A program made the translations under genes and the position numbers. Below, piece by piece: positions 42,967 to 52,654 of a stretch of DNA of 57,930 nt; within the stretch, counting starts at the first letter, position 1; the number at the start of each line of letters is the position of its first letter. The notes under the pieces were generated by a model. The model saw only the letters and a program-made list of their open reading frames with translations. It had not been told where the DNA came from and ran no database searches. The DNA is from a virus (Duplodnaviria; Caudoviricetes). The DNA is taken from the IMG/VR virus record IMGVR_UViG_3300044949_002606, positions 1 through 57,930 of that record. The stretch is one strand, 5' to 3'.

Positions 42967-44550
42967 ATGAACGCGCCGCTCAGCCCCGCCGTGCTGCTGG
43001 ACATGGTCCAGCGCGAGCGCGACCGTCGCGCGGCGCAGCGCGGCTTGTACGAGTTCGTGAAGCAAGCGTGGAGCACCGTCGAGCCCGGCGTGAAGTTCAT
43101 TGCCTCGTGGCACATCGAGGCGATCTGTGAACACCTCGAGGCGATCACTCACGGCCAGCTGCGCAAGCTGCTCATCAACATTCCACCGCGGCACAGCAAG
43201 TCCACCATCGTCAGCGTGATGTGGCCGATGTGGGAGTGGCTGCACAACCCGGCGGAAAAGTACTTGTGCGCCAGCTACTCCGGCACGCTCAGTATCCGCG
43301 ACAACTTGAAGGCGCGGCGGCTGGTGCAGTCGCCTTGGTACCAGGAGCGGTGGGGCACGCAGTTCGAGCTGGCCGGCGACCAGAACGCCAAGCAGCGGTT
43401 CGAGAACGACAAGACGGGCTACCGCCTGGCCACCAGCGTGGGCGGTACGGCCACGGGCGAGGGCGGCTCAAGGCTCATCCTCGACGACCCACACAGCGCC
43501 CAGGAAGCCAACTCCGACGCCATGCGCGAGTCGGCGCTGGAGTGGTTCGACGTTGTGTGGTCCACGCGGTTGAATGACCCCAAGCGCGACGCGATGGTCA
43601 CCGTCATGCAGCGGCTCCACGAGCGCGATGTGTCCGGGCACATCCTCGAGGACATTGGCGGGTGGGAACACATCTGCATCCCTGCCGAGTGGGACGGGCG
43701 CGCTCGCAAGACCGCGCTCGGCGCGTACGACCCGCGCACCAAGCGCGGCGAGCTGATCTGTCCGGAGCGGTTCGGCGAGAAGGAAGTCACCGAGCTGAAG
43801 CAGCTGCTCGGCACATATGGCGCCGCGGGCCAGCTGCAGCAGGAACCTTCGCCCGCCGAGGGCGGCATCCTGAAGACCAAGCACTTCCGGCTGTGGCCCG
43901 CCGAAAAGCCGTTGCCCCAGTTCGAGTACGTGCTGCAGAGCTACGACACCGCGTTCAGCGAGAAGACCTCCAACGACCCCACGGGCTGCGAGGTGTGGGG
44001 CATGTTCACTTACGAGAACGCACGGCACGCGATGCTGCTCGACGCGTGGGACGAGCGGCTCACCTACCCCGAGCTGCGGCAGCGCGTCATCCGCGACTGG
44101 AACACCGAGTACGGCGGCACGAGCGGCGCCCAGCGTGGGCAGGTGACGCGCTCTGTTCGCCCCTCGCGCATCCTCGTGGAGGCGAAGGCCAGCGGCCAGT
44201 CGCTGTTGCAGGACCTGCGGCTCGCACGTGTGCCGGCCGTGGGGTACAACCCTGGGACAGCCGACAAGGTGAGCCGGGCGCATCAAGCCGCGCCCACGCT
44301 CGAGCTGGGCATCTTGTGGGTGCCTGAGTCGGCCAAGAACCCTGGCCAACCCGTGAGCTGGGCTGCGCCGTTCATGCGCCAGCTGGAGAAGTTCCCCGTC
44401 GCCGAGCACGATGAGTACGTGGACTGCTTCACGCAGGCCGTGATCTTCCTGAAGAACGACGGATGGTTCGAGCTGCCCCAGGCCTCAGACCGCGACGAAC
44501 CGCGCCGCCGCGCACCCAACGCCGAGAGGGGCAACCCCTATGCCGCATAA
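42967..44550 (+). CDS. terL: Terminase large subunit
   Basis: INIPPRHSKS, ILDDPH, MQRLHE, YDTA, VEAKASG, HDEYVD. Confidence 0.95.
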   Translation: MNAPLSPAVLLDMVQRERDRRAAQRGLYEFVKQAWSTVEPGVKFIASWHIEAICEHLEAITHGQLRKLLINIPPRHSKSTIVSVMWPMWEWLHNPAEKYLCASYSGTLSIRDNLKARRLVQSPWYQERWGTQFELAGDQNAKQRFENDKTGYRLATSVGGTATGEGGSRLILDDPHSAQEANSDAMRESALEWFDVVWSTRLNDPKRDAMVTVMQRLHERDVSGHILEDIGGWEHICIPAEWDGRARKTALGAYDPRTKRGELICPERFGEKEVTELKQLLGTYGAAGQLQQEPSPAEGGILKTKHFRLWPAEKPLPQFEYVLQSYDTAFSEKTSNDPTGCEVWGMFTYENARHAMLLDAWDERLTYPELRQRVIRDWNTEYGGTSGAQRGQVTRSVRPSRILVEAKASGQSLLQDLRLARVPAVGYNPGTADKVSRAHQAAPTLELGILWVPESAKNPGQPVSWAAPFMRQLEKFPVAEHDEYVDCFTQAVIFLKNDGWFELPQASDRDEPRRRAPNAERGNPYAA

Positions 44551-44791
44551 GGTCGACAAGGCAGCGATGGGCTGCAACAAGCCGCGGCGCACGCCGGGCC
44601 ACCCCGCCAAGAGCCACGTCGTGAAGGCGTGCTCGGGCGGCACTGAGAAGGTGATCCGGTTCGGCCAGCAAGGCGTCAAGGGTTCACCCGAGGGCTCGGC
44701 CCGCAACGATGCGTTCAAGGCCCGGCACGCCAAGAACATCGCCAAGGGCAAGATGTCCGCCGCGTACTGGGCAGACAAGGTGAAGTGGTGA
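44540..44791 (+). CDS. Small basic conserved phage protein (83 aa)
   Basis: K.IRFGQ.G...R..F.ARH...SAAYWA...KW pattern. Confidence 0.75.
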   Translation: MPHKVDKAAMGCNKPRRTPGHPAKSHVVKACSGGTEKVIRFGQQGVKGSPEGSARNDAFKARHAKNIAKGKMSAAYWADKVKW

Positions 44792-45324
44792 TCGACGTGC
44801 ACGGGTTGAACGCAATGCGCGCGGCGTACGCTGATGGGGGCGCGGTGCGCAACCCCGCGGCCCGCGGCCTGCCCAACCCGTCGCTGCTCAACTTGCAGCT
44901 GTACGCGCAGACGGTGGCGGAGGGGATGTACCCCGACGATGTGTTGCGCAGGGATGCCGCCCGGCACATGCTGGCCGCCGCGTTGGCGGCGCAGCGTTTT
45001 GGTCCTGGCACGGCCGAGGCGCTGGGCAAGGCCTACGAGTTCAAGGAGTCGCCTTTGCGCACCGCGGGGCATTGGATGGGGCTCAGCGCGCCGCGCGAAG
45101 ACTACCCAGTCGACACGCACAACAACGCGCTCGGCGCGCAGCTCGGTGCGCAATCGCGTTCGATGGACGATCTGCTGAGCGCGATTCAGCGCGCTGTGGA
45201 CCGCGGCACCGCGGGCATCGCAGAAGGGCAGGTGTCGTTGCGTCCGGACCCGGACACCCGCTACGTGAAAGGCAAGGCCCGCGGCGGTCTCGCCCAAGTG
45301 AAGGAGCGCAGCTGCAATGGCTGA
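44788..45324 (+). CDS. Helical toxin-like domain protein (DUF6973/SAA-like) flanked by AxGG motifs
   Basis: DAARH...A...G...A...G..YE...D.HNN..G; YADGG and KARGG at the ends. Confidence 0.6.
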   Translation: MIDVHGLNAMRAAYADGGAVRNPAARGLPNPSLLNLQLYAQTVAEGMYPDDVLRRDAARHMLAAALAAQRFGPGTAEALGKAYEFKESPLRTAGHWMGLSAPREDYPVDTHNNALGAQLGAQSRSMDDLLSAIQRAVDRGTAGIAEGQVSLRPDPDTRYVKGKARGGLAQVKERSCNG

Positions 45325-47635
45325 AGATCTGTCCCGCCCCGCGTTCCGCTACTCGTCCTCCGGCCGGCGCCCCGAGCGGCTCAACCAGAGCCGCGGCGTG
45401 AACGCCCCGCTGCAGCTGTTGCGTGGGTGGGCCGCGGGCACGCTGGGGTTGCCCGGGGACATCGAGGGCTTGGTGCGCATGCTGCCCGGCATCAAGGACG
45501 AGACTCCGGTGCTCCCCACCAGCGACTTCTACCGCGAGTGGCTCCCGGGCTACGACGAGCGCCCCGCGGCCCGCGCCATGAGCGGGCTCGGTGCGCTCAC
45601 GGGCGGCATGGGCGCGACGAACGTGGCGCGGGCCGGGCTGGGCGCCGTGAAGCGCGCGACTGACGTGAACGCGATCCGCGACTACGTGCGGGCAGCGCAG
45701 GGCGTGTCGGGCATGCCGGGCGCGGCGGTCATCAAGCCCAAGGGCGGCAACTGGCTCGCCGGCAGCGTGGAAGGCGCGGTGCGTCCGTTGCGCAACGCAG
45801 ACGTTGACGAGCGCGCTTACATGGAATTCAACCGTGCGCAAGCGCAGTCCGGCGGCGAATTCCAAGACTGGCTGACGCAGCGTTGGCGCGAAGATCCTGA
45901 TTACCAAAAAGTCCCCGCAATCCAAGCCGCCAACGAGTTCCTGCGCTCCAAGGGTTTGTCTCCTCTGGCTCCGGAAGGTCCTGACGCCGCCCTCAACAAG
46001 TGGATCGACCAAAAGCTCGCCGGTTACATCCGCAACGAGATGGGCACGCCGGAGGACCCCTTGCGACTGCAGGCGGAGGCGTTCGGGCCTAAGAAGGCCG
46101 CGCTGTTAAAAGCCAAAAACGCGCAGATCGCCAAAGCTGAGGCCGACATGGAGCGGGCGCGGGCCGCACGCGGCTTCACCCCCGAGATGATGACGCAGTC
46201 GCAAGCGAGGCTCCGCGATCTGCGCCGCGAGCGGTCTCAGATCGAGGCGCAGACGGGGTTGCACATATACCCGGGTTTTGTGTCCACGCCGCCTGATGTG
46301 GCCAAGGCGCGGGTTGCGGCCGGTTTCCCCGAAGAGGGCATGGCGGCCGAACGCTGGTTGAAAACACCGCCCGAACAGATGACCGACGAGGCCTCGCTCG
46401 CAAACGAGCTGGCTTACAAGTGGGAGGTGCTGGCGGATGCGCCCATCTCGCCCGAGGGCAAGGCCGGCGAGCTCGCAGGCATCCAGTCTGCCCTGGACCG
46501 AAACCCCTGGCTCGCCAAGGCGTCGCCCGAGGCCACGGTCTATTCGCTGTACCCCGGCAGCACGGTGCGCAACGAGAATCTCGGCTTCGGCCACCTCGTC
46601 GACGAGCTGCGCAACGCAGTGAACCCGGAGTCGGGCCTGCCGCGGGAGTTGCTGCTCAAGTACGAGGACCTGCCCAAGCTCAGCGTGGCCCAGGCCGCCA
46701 AGCGCGTCGACGACATCAACGCCTGGCGCGCGGCGCAGAAGGCCGAGGCCGACCTGGCCCGCGCAATGAACCCGGCCACGCAGGTGTTCAAGGAGTACCC
46801 GGAGCAGGGGTACAAGTGGGTGGAGTTGAAGATGCCGGAGAAGACCTCCGGGTTACCCGAAGGCTACTCCTTGAGCGTCATCCGCAACGAGCGCCTGCCC
46901 GAGGGGCACATGGGCGCTCGCAGCTACGCCGTGGTCGACCCGCAAGGGCGCATGTTGGAAGACGTCGGGTTGGAGTACACAGAAGCCGACGCGCTGGACA
47001 AGTTCAGCCGCGCGTACTATGGCCGCGCGCTCGAAGACGCCCTCAAGTACGAAGGCGAACAGCTCAGTCATTGCGTCGGCGGTTACTGCCCGGATGTGGT
47101 CGAGGGGCGGTCGCGGATCTTCAGTTTGCGCGACGCCGAGGGTCGGCCGCATGTGACGGTGGAGGTGAAGCCTGACACCGCGCCACCTCGACACGACCAC
47201 ATCATAGATGAAATCAAGCGTGTCGTAGGCAGCAACAATATTCCTGACGACGATGCATACGACGCGCTGTACAAACAGGCGATGGCGAGCGTGATGGCCA
47301 ACCGTCCGCAAGACATCATCCAAATCAAAGGCAAAGCCAACAAAGCACCCAAAGAAGAGTACCTCCCGTTCGTCCAGGACTTTGTGCGCAGCGGGCAGTG
47401 GGGGCGGGTGGGGGACTTGGGGAATACGGGGTTGATTGACCTGAATGTTTCCGGTGTCCCTGAGAATCTCCGCGAAGGGCGGAGGTTTGTGCCCAAAGAA
47501 GAATACGACGCGATCGTGCGTCGCAACGCGGAAGGCTTCGCCCGCGGCGGCGCAGTGACCGCCCCGCCCGGCCCCGCGCAGTATGACCCGCTGGCCATTG
47601 ATTCACTGGCCGAGCAACTACTCATGGAGGCCTGA
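45317..47635 (+). CDS. Large multidomain protein with C-terminal PcfJ-like domain (772 aa)
   Basis: LKYEGEQLSHCVGGY...IFSLRD...HVTVEV...QIKGKAN; ends with FARGGAV. Confidence 0.8.
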   Translation: MAEDLSRPAFRYSSSGRRPERLNQSRGVNAPLQLLRGWAAGTLGLPGDIEGLVRMLPGIKDETPVLPTSDFYREWLPGYDERPAARAMSGLGALTGGMGATNVARAGLGAVKRATDVNAIRDYVRAAQGVSGMPGAAVIKPKGGNWLAGSVEGAVRPLRNADVDERAYMEFNRAQAQSGGEFQDWLTQRWREDPDYQKVPAIQAANEFLRSKGLSPLAPEGPDAALNKWIDQKLAGYIRNEMGTPEDPLRLQAEAFGPKKAALLKAKNAQIAKAEADMERARAARGFTPEMMTQSQARLRDLRRERSQIEAQTGLHIYPGFVSTPPDVAKARVAAGFPEEGMAAERWLKTPPEQMTDEASLANELAYKWEVLADAPISPEGKAGELAGIQSALDRNPWLAKASPEATVYSLYPGSTVRNENLGFGHLVDELRNAVNPESGLPRELLLKYEDLPKLSVAQAAKRVDDINAWRAAQKAEADLARAMNPATQVFKEYPEQGYKWVELKMPEKTSGLPEGYSLSVIRNERLPEGHMGARSYAVVDPQGRMLEDVGLEYTEADALDKFSRAYYGRALEDALKYEGEQLSHCVGGYCPDVVEGRSRIFSLRDAEGRPHVTVEVKPDTAPPRHDHIIDEIKRVVGSNNIPDDDAYDALYKQAMASVMANRPQDIIQIKGKANKAPKEEYLPFVQDFVRSGQWGRVGDLGNTGLIDLNVSGVPENLREGRRFVPKEEYDAIVRRNAEGFARGGAVTAPPGPAQYDPLAIDSLAEQLLMEA

Positions 47636-47636
47636 A

Positions 47637-48254
47637 ATGGCAGGACCGTTGTTTGCTGTGGGGCGGGCGCTGCTGGGCAGCCAGCTCACCCAGCCGATTA
47701 TGAATGAGATGGCGATTCGCGGGTTGGGTAGCGGAACGCTGAGCCCGGAGTTGGCGCGGTTGCTGTACAGCAACCGCACTCTGGGCGAGCAGCTCGCCAG
47801 CAGCGTTGAGCCGCTGGGGCGGCTGCTGGGGTTCCTGCCCGAGGAGCGACCCAACTACAACCTGCCCGACGACTACAGCGTGGGTCCGCAGGGCGAGATT
47901 TACAACTTGGCCGGTGACCGCATGGTTACGGGCGAAGGCGTGACGGGGTTCCAGCCCGTAGCGCAATACGGGGAGTACGGGTTTCAAGAGCCTTTGCCGC
48001 CCCGTCCTGAAGGCTATCCGTCCGACGCGCCGTGGCCGCCGCCTGGGGCGGGGGGCGGCTTTATGCCTGCTGCGGAGGGGCCGCTCAGCCTACAGCAACC
48101 GCCCACCTGGGGAAGGGGTGCCGATGGCGGGGGCTTTAGCGGTGCGCGGGGTGATGACGGCGGCGGGCACGGCAGCTACGGTGGTGATTACTACGTCGAT
48201 GAGCTTGAGCGCCTTGCCGCTCGCTACGCCATTCAACCGCCTCCCGGAGGTTGA
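47637..48254 (+). CDS. Hypothetical Pro/Gly-rich protein (205 aa)
   Basis: GGAGG RBS; fills the gap before the portal. Confidence 0.65.
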   Translation: MAGPLFAVGRALLGSQLTQPIMNEMAIRGLGSGTLSPELARLLYSNRTLGEQLASSVEPLGRLLGFLPEERPNYNLPDDYSVGPQGEIYNLAGDRMVTGEGVTGFQPVAQYGEYGFQEPLPPRPEGYPSDAPWPPPGAGGGFMPAAEGPLSLQQPPTWGRGADGGGFSGARGDDGGGHGSYGGDYYVDELERLAARYAIQPPPGG

Positions 48255-48307
48255 CCCCCAACCCCTTGCCCAACAAAACGCGCAGCAGCGCTGAGGACTT
48301 TTGACTC

Positions 48308-50842
48308 ATGGCCGACCAACTCAGACCCGAAGACGAAGAAGACGAGCGCGAGGCCGTCGGCGAGACGCTCTCGCTGGACGGCGAAGAGGAGCTCGAAGTC
48401 GAAGACACCGAGGACGGTGGCGCCGTGGTGCGCATGAAGAACGAGGAGCAGTCGCGCCGCGCGCAGCAGCACTTCGACAACATCGTCGAGGACGTGGACC
48501 CCGCGCGGCTCAGCGCGGCAGTGACTGACCTGCTCGACAAGATCGACAAGGACAAAGAGGCCAGGGAGAAGCGCGACAAGCAGTACGAGGAGGGCCTGCG
48601 CCGCACGGGGCTGGGCGACGACGCGCCGGGCGGGGCGCAGTTCACCGGCGCCAACAAAGTGGTGCACCCGATGCTCGTGGAAGCGTGCGTGGACTTCTCG
48701 GCCCGGTTCATGAAGGAAATGTTCCCGCCCGCGGGCCCTGTCAAGAGCAAGGTGCTCGGCACCCAGGACAAGAAGAAGGTCGAAAAGGCGCAGCGCAAGA
48801 CCGACTTCATGAACTGGCAGTGCACTGAGCAGATGCCCGAGCTGCGGAGCGAGCTGGAGCAGCTGAGCACGCAGTTGCCGCTGGGCGGCGGCCAGTACCT
48901 GAAGCTCATGTGGAGCCGGCAGCGCCAGCGCCCCACGGTGGAGTTCGTGCCGATCGACGACGTGTACCTGCCGTTCGCGGCCACCAACTTCTACACCGCC
49001 GAGCGCAAGACGCACGTGCAGTACGTGACGGCCGCGGAGTACACGCGGCGCGTCCGTTCGGGCATGTACCGCGACGTGGACTTGGGCGTCCCTGAGGACC
49101 CCGAGTTCAGCGCCGCCTCGCGCGCCAACGACAAGATCGAAGGTCGCAAGAGCACCGCCTACAACGAGGACGGACTCCGCACCGTGTTCGAGGTCTGCAC
49201 CGCGCTGGCGCTGGAGGACGGCGAAGACGACGACCCCGCCCCTTACATTCTCAGCATCGACAAGTCCTCCGGCCAGGCGCTGGGCTTGTACCGCAACTGG
49301 GAGCCCGACGACCCGCAGCGCAAGGAGCTCGAGTGGGTGGTGGAGTTTCCGTTCGTGCCTTGGCGGGGGGCCTACCCCATCGGGCTCACGCACATGATTG
49401 GCGGGCTCAGCGGTGCGGCCACCGGCGCGTTGCGCGCGCTGCTGGATTCGGCCCACATTCAGAACATCCCCACACTGCTGAAGCTGAAGGGCGGCCCCAA
49501 CGGCCAGACGCTCAACGTGCAGCCCACCGAGGTGGTCGAGCTGGAGGGCGGGGCGCTCATCGACGACGTGCGCAAGCTGGCCATGCCGATGCCGTTCAAC
49601 CCGCCGAGCCCAGTTCTGTTCCAGCTGCTGGGGTTCTTGGTGGATGCGGGCAAGGGCGTGGTGCAGACCTCGTTCGAGAAGCTCGCCGACAGCAACCCCA
49701 ACCAACCCGTCGGCACCACGCTCGCGATCATCGAGCAGGGCATGGTGGTGTTCAGCTCGATCCACTCGCGGCTGCACAACTCGATGGCGCGGGTGTTCAA
49801 GATACTGCACCGGCTGAACAGCGCCTACCTGACGCACGAGGCGCTCAAAGCCTACGACAACGGGCTGGAGGCGAAGCCCGAGGACTTTGACGGCCCGCTG
49901 GATGTGGTGCCGGTGAGCGACCCGGCGATCTTCAGCGAGACGCAGCGCTTTGCGCAGACGCAGGCGGTGATGCAGCGGGCCGCGACCGTGCCGCAGATGT
50001 ACGACGCGCGCAAGGTGGAGGAGATGTTCCTCCGCGGGTTGAAGCTCGCGCCCGCTGACCTGCTGCAGCCGCAACCCGGCCAGGACGACGTCGACCCCGT
50101 CAGCGAGAACGTGGCCGCAGCGATGGGCCGGCCCGTGTACGTGCTGCCCCGGCAGGACCACATGGCGCACCTGCGCACACACTTGGCGTTCCTCAAGTCG
50201 CCGCTGTTCGGCTCCAACCCGGCGATCGTGAAGACGTACTTGTTCCCGATGGCGCAGCATGTGCGCGACCACCTGCTCAACTACTACCTCACCGAGACCC
50301 ACGACGCCGTGAAGCGCGCCACCGAGGACGAACTCATCCGCGACGACGCCGATCAACAAGCCGAGGTCATTTTGCGGGTGCAGCAGCTCATCGAGCAGCA
50401 ACTGGGCGCCTTCGCGCAGGAGCTGGCGCAGCTGGACCAGGCCGCTCAGCAGTTCAAGCCGCAGCCCCCGATGCCGCCCGACAACTCGATGCAAGTCGCG
50501 CAGCTCAACGCCCAGCTGCAGGGTCAGCTCGCTCAGCAGCGCGCGCAGCTGGACCAAGCGCGGTTGGCACAACAGGCGCAGTCGGAACAGGCGCGCTTGG
50601 GTCAACAGGCGCAAGCCGAGCAGGCCCGGCTGCAGGACAAGCAGCAGGACCGCGCGACCGAACTCCAACGCGAGCAACTACGCCAGCAGGCGGAGGACGC
50701 CCGCCAGCAGCAGTCCGACGCGGTGCGCTACCAAATGAACACCGACGACAACGAAACCGCGCTGCGGCTCGCGGCGGCCGAGATCGCCTCTGGCGAGAAG
50801 GTGGCGGTCAGCACCGGCACCGGTATCAACCCCAACCCCTGA
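48308..50842 (+). CDS. Portal protein (844 aa) with long Gln-rich C-terminal barrel
   Basis: HPMLVEAC..F.AR, PVGTTLA..EQG...S.IH.RLH, V.PVSDP; located between terL and scaffold. Confidence 0.85.
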   Translation: MADQLRPEDEEDEREAVGETLSLDGEEELEVEDTEDGGAVVRMKNEEQSRRAQQHFDNIVEDVDPARLSAAVTDLLDKIDKDKEAREKRDKQYEEGLRRTGLGDDAPGGAQFTGANKVVHPMLVEACVDFSARFMKEMFPPAGPVKSKVLGTQDKKKVEKAQRKTDFMNWQCTEQMPELRSELEQLSTQLPLGGGQYLKLMWSRQRQRPTVEFVPIDDVYLPFAATNFYTAERKTHVQYVTAAEYTRRVRSGMYRDVDLGVPEDPEFSAASRANDKIEGRKSTAYNEDGLRTVFEVCTALALEDGEDDDPAPYILSIDKSSGQALGLYRNWEPDDPQRKELEWVVEFPFVPWRGAYPIGLTHMIGGLSGAATGALRALLDSAHIQNIPTLLKLKGGPNGQTLNVQPTEVVELEGGALIDDVRKLAMPMPFNPPSPVLFQLLGFLVDAGKGVVQTSFEKLADSNPNQPVGTTLAIIEQGMVVFSSIHSRLHNSMARVFKILHRLNSAYLTHEALKAYDNGLEAKPEDFDGPLDVVPVSDPAIFSETQRFAQTQAVMQRAATVPQMYDARKVEEMFLRGLKLAPADLLQPQPGQDDVDPVSENVAAAMGRPVYVLPRQDHMAHLRTHLAFLKSPLFGSNPAIVKTYLFPMAQHVRDHLLNYYLTETHDAVKRATEDELIRDDADQQAEVILRVQQLIEQQLGAFAQELAQLDQAAQQFKPQPPMPPDNSMQVAQLNAQLQGQLAQQRAQLDQARLAQQAQSEQARLGQQAQAEQARLQDKQQDRATELQREQLRQQAEDARQQQSDAVRYQMNTDDNETALRLAAAEIASGEKVAVSTGTGINPNP

Positions 50843-50861
50843 CCGAAAGGAACCCTGAACC

Positions 50862-50999
50862 ATGGCTGACAAACCCACCCCCGGCACCGTGCCCATGACT
50901 GGCGCGCTCGTCAAGCAGAAGCACCGCATGGCCGCAGGCAGCAAGGAAAACGGCCAAACGCTGCCCGCCGCCCCGGCAATGCCCAAGACCCCGGCGTGA
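50862..50999 (+). CDS. Small hypothetical protein (45 aa; not in ORF track)
   Basis: GAAAGGA RBS; MADKPTPGTVPMTGALVKQKHRMAAG...; GTGA overlap. Confidence 0.6.
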   Translation: MADKPTPGTVPMTGALVKQKHRMAAGSKENGQTLPAAPAMPKTPA

Positions 51000-51193
51000 A
51001 CCTGCCGGAGCGGTTGCTCGCTCGGCTCAAGGCCGAGCAGGCGAGCTTTGCGCTGCAGGCGATGCAGCGGCCCCAAACCCGTGATGCCTTTGAGTACGGG
51101 CATCGGGTCGGCACCGTAGCAGGCTACGAGGCCGCCATCAATGTGCTTTTGTCCCTTTTGAAAGAGGAGCGTGACAGTGACCCAGACTTGTGA
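50996..51193 (+). CDS. Small helical hypothetical protein (65 aa)
   Basis: Coupled to its neighbours. Confidence 0.65.
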   Translation: MNLPERLLARLKAEQASFALQAMQRPQTRDAFEYGHRVGTVAGYEAAINVLLSLLKEERDSDPDL

Positions 51194-51584
51194 GAACGCT
51201 ATGGCGGAGGCTTTCCCGACGGCGGACGCCGGGGTGCAGCCCTTCGGTAGCCGCGTTCTGGTGCAGATTCGCACACCGAAGACCAAGACCGCTTCCGGCA
51301 TCATCATCGACAACGGCTCGCGTGACACTGAAAAGTGGAACACGCAGGTCGCCAAGGTGGTGTCGCACGGCCCCGTCGCCTATCGCAACCGCAACACGCT
51401 GGAACCCTGGCCGGAAGGCGGCTGGGCGCACCCGGGCGACTACGTGCGCGTGCCCAAGTACGGCGGCGACCGGTGGGAGGTGCCGCTGCCCGATGGCAGC
51501 ACCGCGCTGTTCGTCATCTTCAACGACCTCGACATCATTGGCCGCGTCGAGGGCGACCCGCTGGCCATCCGCGCATTCATCTGA
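51177..51584 (+). CDS. groES: GroES-like co-chaperonin
   Basis: PFGSRVLV...KTASGII...VV..GP...GD.V...KYGG...IFND.DIIG. Start could be 51171, 51177 or 51201. Confidence 0.85.
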   Translation: MTQTCENAMAEAFPTADAGVQPFGSRVLVQIRTPKTKTASGIIIDNGSRDTEKWNTQVAKVVSHGPVAYRNRNTLEPWPEGGWAHPGDYVRVPKYGGDRWEVPLPDGSTALFVIFNDLDIIGRVEGDPLAIRAFI

Positions 51585-51601
51585 AGGAGATGTGACCCAT
51601 C

Positions 51602-52570
51602 ATGGCTGAAAAGCTCACCGACAAAGACCCCACCGACGACATTGTTGTCGTCGAGGACGCCCCCAAGGGCAACGTGCCGTCCGAGCCGACGGGCGTGCCC
51701 GACCCGGCGCAGGACGCGCGGCTCCGCGCTGGCGAGGACGACGAGGACGACGAGGACGAAGGCACCGCGGGCGACGGCCGCGACGACATCCGCGCCCGGC
51801 GCCGGCAAGAGAAGCTGGAGCGCAAGCAGCGCCGCGACGACGCCATCAAGCGCGACAAGCTCGAGATGGACTTTCTGCGTCGGCGCAACGACGACCTAGA
51901 GCGCCGGCTCACGGTGCAAGAGCAGCGCGCCGTGCAGGTGGACATGAACTCGCTGGACGCGCAGATTCAAGCCGCCATGCGCGACGCGGAGACCGCCGAG
52001 CGGGTGATCGCCAAGGCGGTGGAGGCCGGCAACGGCTCCGACGTCACGCAGGCCATGCGCTACCGTGACCAAGCGATCGACAAGGCGCGCCAGCTCCACG
52101 CCGTCAAGCAGGGCGCGCTCCAGCGCCCGGCGCCCGCCCCCGCCATCGACGACGCGACGATGCATCACGCGCAGGAGTTCCTGCGCCAGAACACCTGGTA
52201 CGACCCGCAGGGCCGCGACGAGGACTCGGCCATCGTGCTCGCCATCGACCAGGCGCTGGTCAAGGACGGGTTCAACCCCCAGTCGGGCGACTACTGGTCC
52301 GAGCTGCGGCGCCGGGCGGCGCGGCGGTTGCCGGAGCGGTTCGGCACTCCGCAGCGCGGCGGCGACGACGGCGCCCCCACGCGTGAAGCCCGTGGCGGCC
52401 CTGCGGTGGGTTCCGGCCGCGAGCACGCCCCCGCCACCACCCGCCGCGAGGTGTACATCAGCCCCGAGCGCAAGCAAGCGCTCGTCGACGCCGGTGTGTG
52501 GGACGACCCCGTGCTGCGCATGAAGTATGTGAAGCGCTACGCTGAGTATGACCGCGCCAACCGTGCGTGA
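51602..52570 (+). CDS. Putative capsid scaffolding protein (322 aa)
   Basis: Acidic N-terminus, coiled coil, N.W motif, position before capsid genes. Confidence 0.7.
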   Translation: MAEKLTDKDPTDDIVVVEDAPKGNVPSEPTGVPDPAQDARLRAGEDDEDDEDEGTAGDGRDDIRARRRQEKLERKQRRDDAIKRDKLEMDFLRRRNDDLERRLTVQEQRAVQVDMNSLDAQIQAAMRDAETAERVIAKAVEAGNGSDVTQAMRYRDQAIDKARQLHAVKQGALQRPAPAPAIDDATMHHAQEFLRQNTWYDPQGRDEDSAIVLAIDQALVKDGFNPQSGDYWSELRRRAARRLPERFGTPQRGGDDGAPTREARGGPAVGSGREHAPATTRREVYISPERKQALVDAGVWDDPVLRMKYVKRYAEYDRANRA

Positions 52571-52593
52571 ATTGCACCCGGCACACAAAGTGT

Positions 52594-52626
52594 TTGCCTC
52601 GCGCACAATTCTGCCCTATAATTCAC
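52594..52626 (+). promoter_or_regulatory. Sigma70-like promoter TTGCCT-N17-TATAAT-TCAC
   Basis: Same motif as at 2331 and 9624; drives the capsid block. Confidence 0.8.
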
Positions 52627-52654
52627 CCACCATCGCTGGAAGGAGCGATCACAC

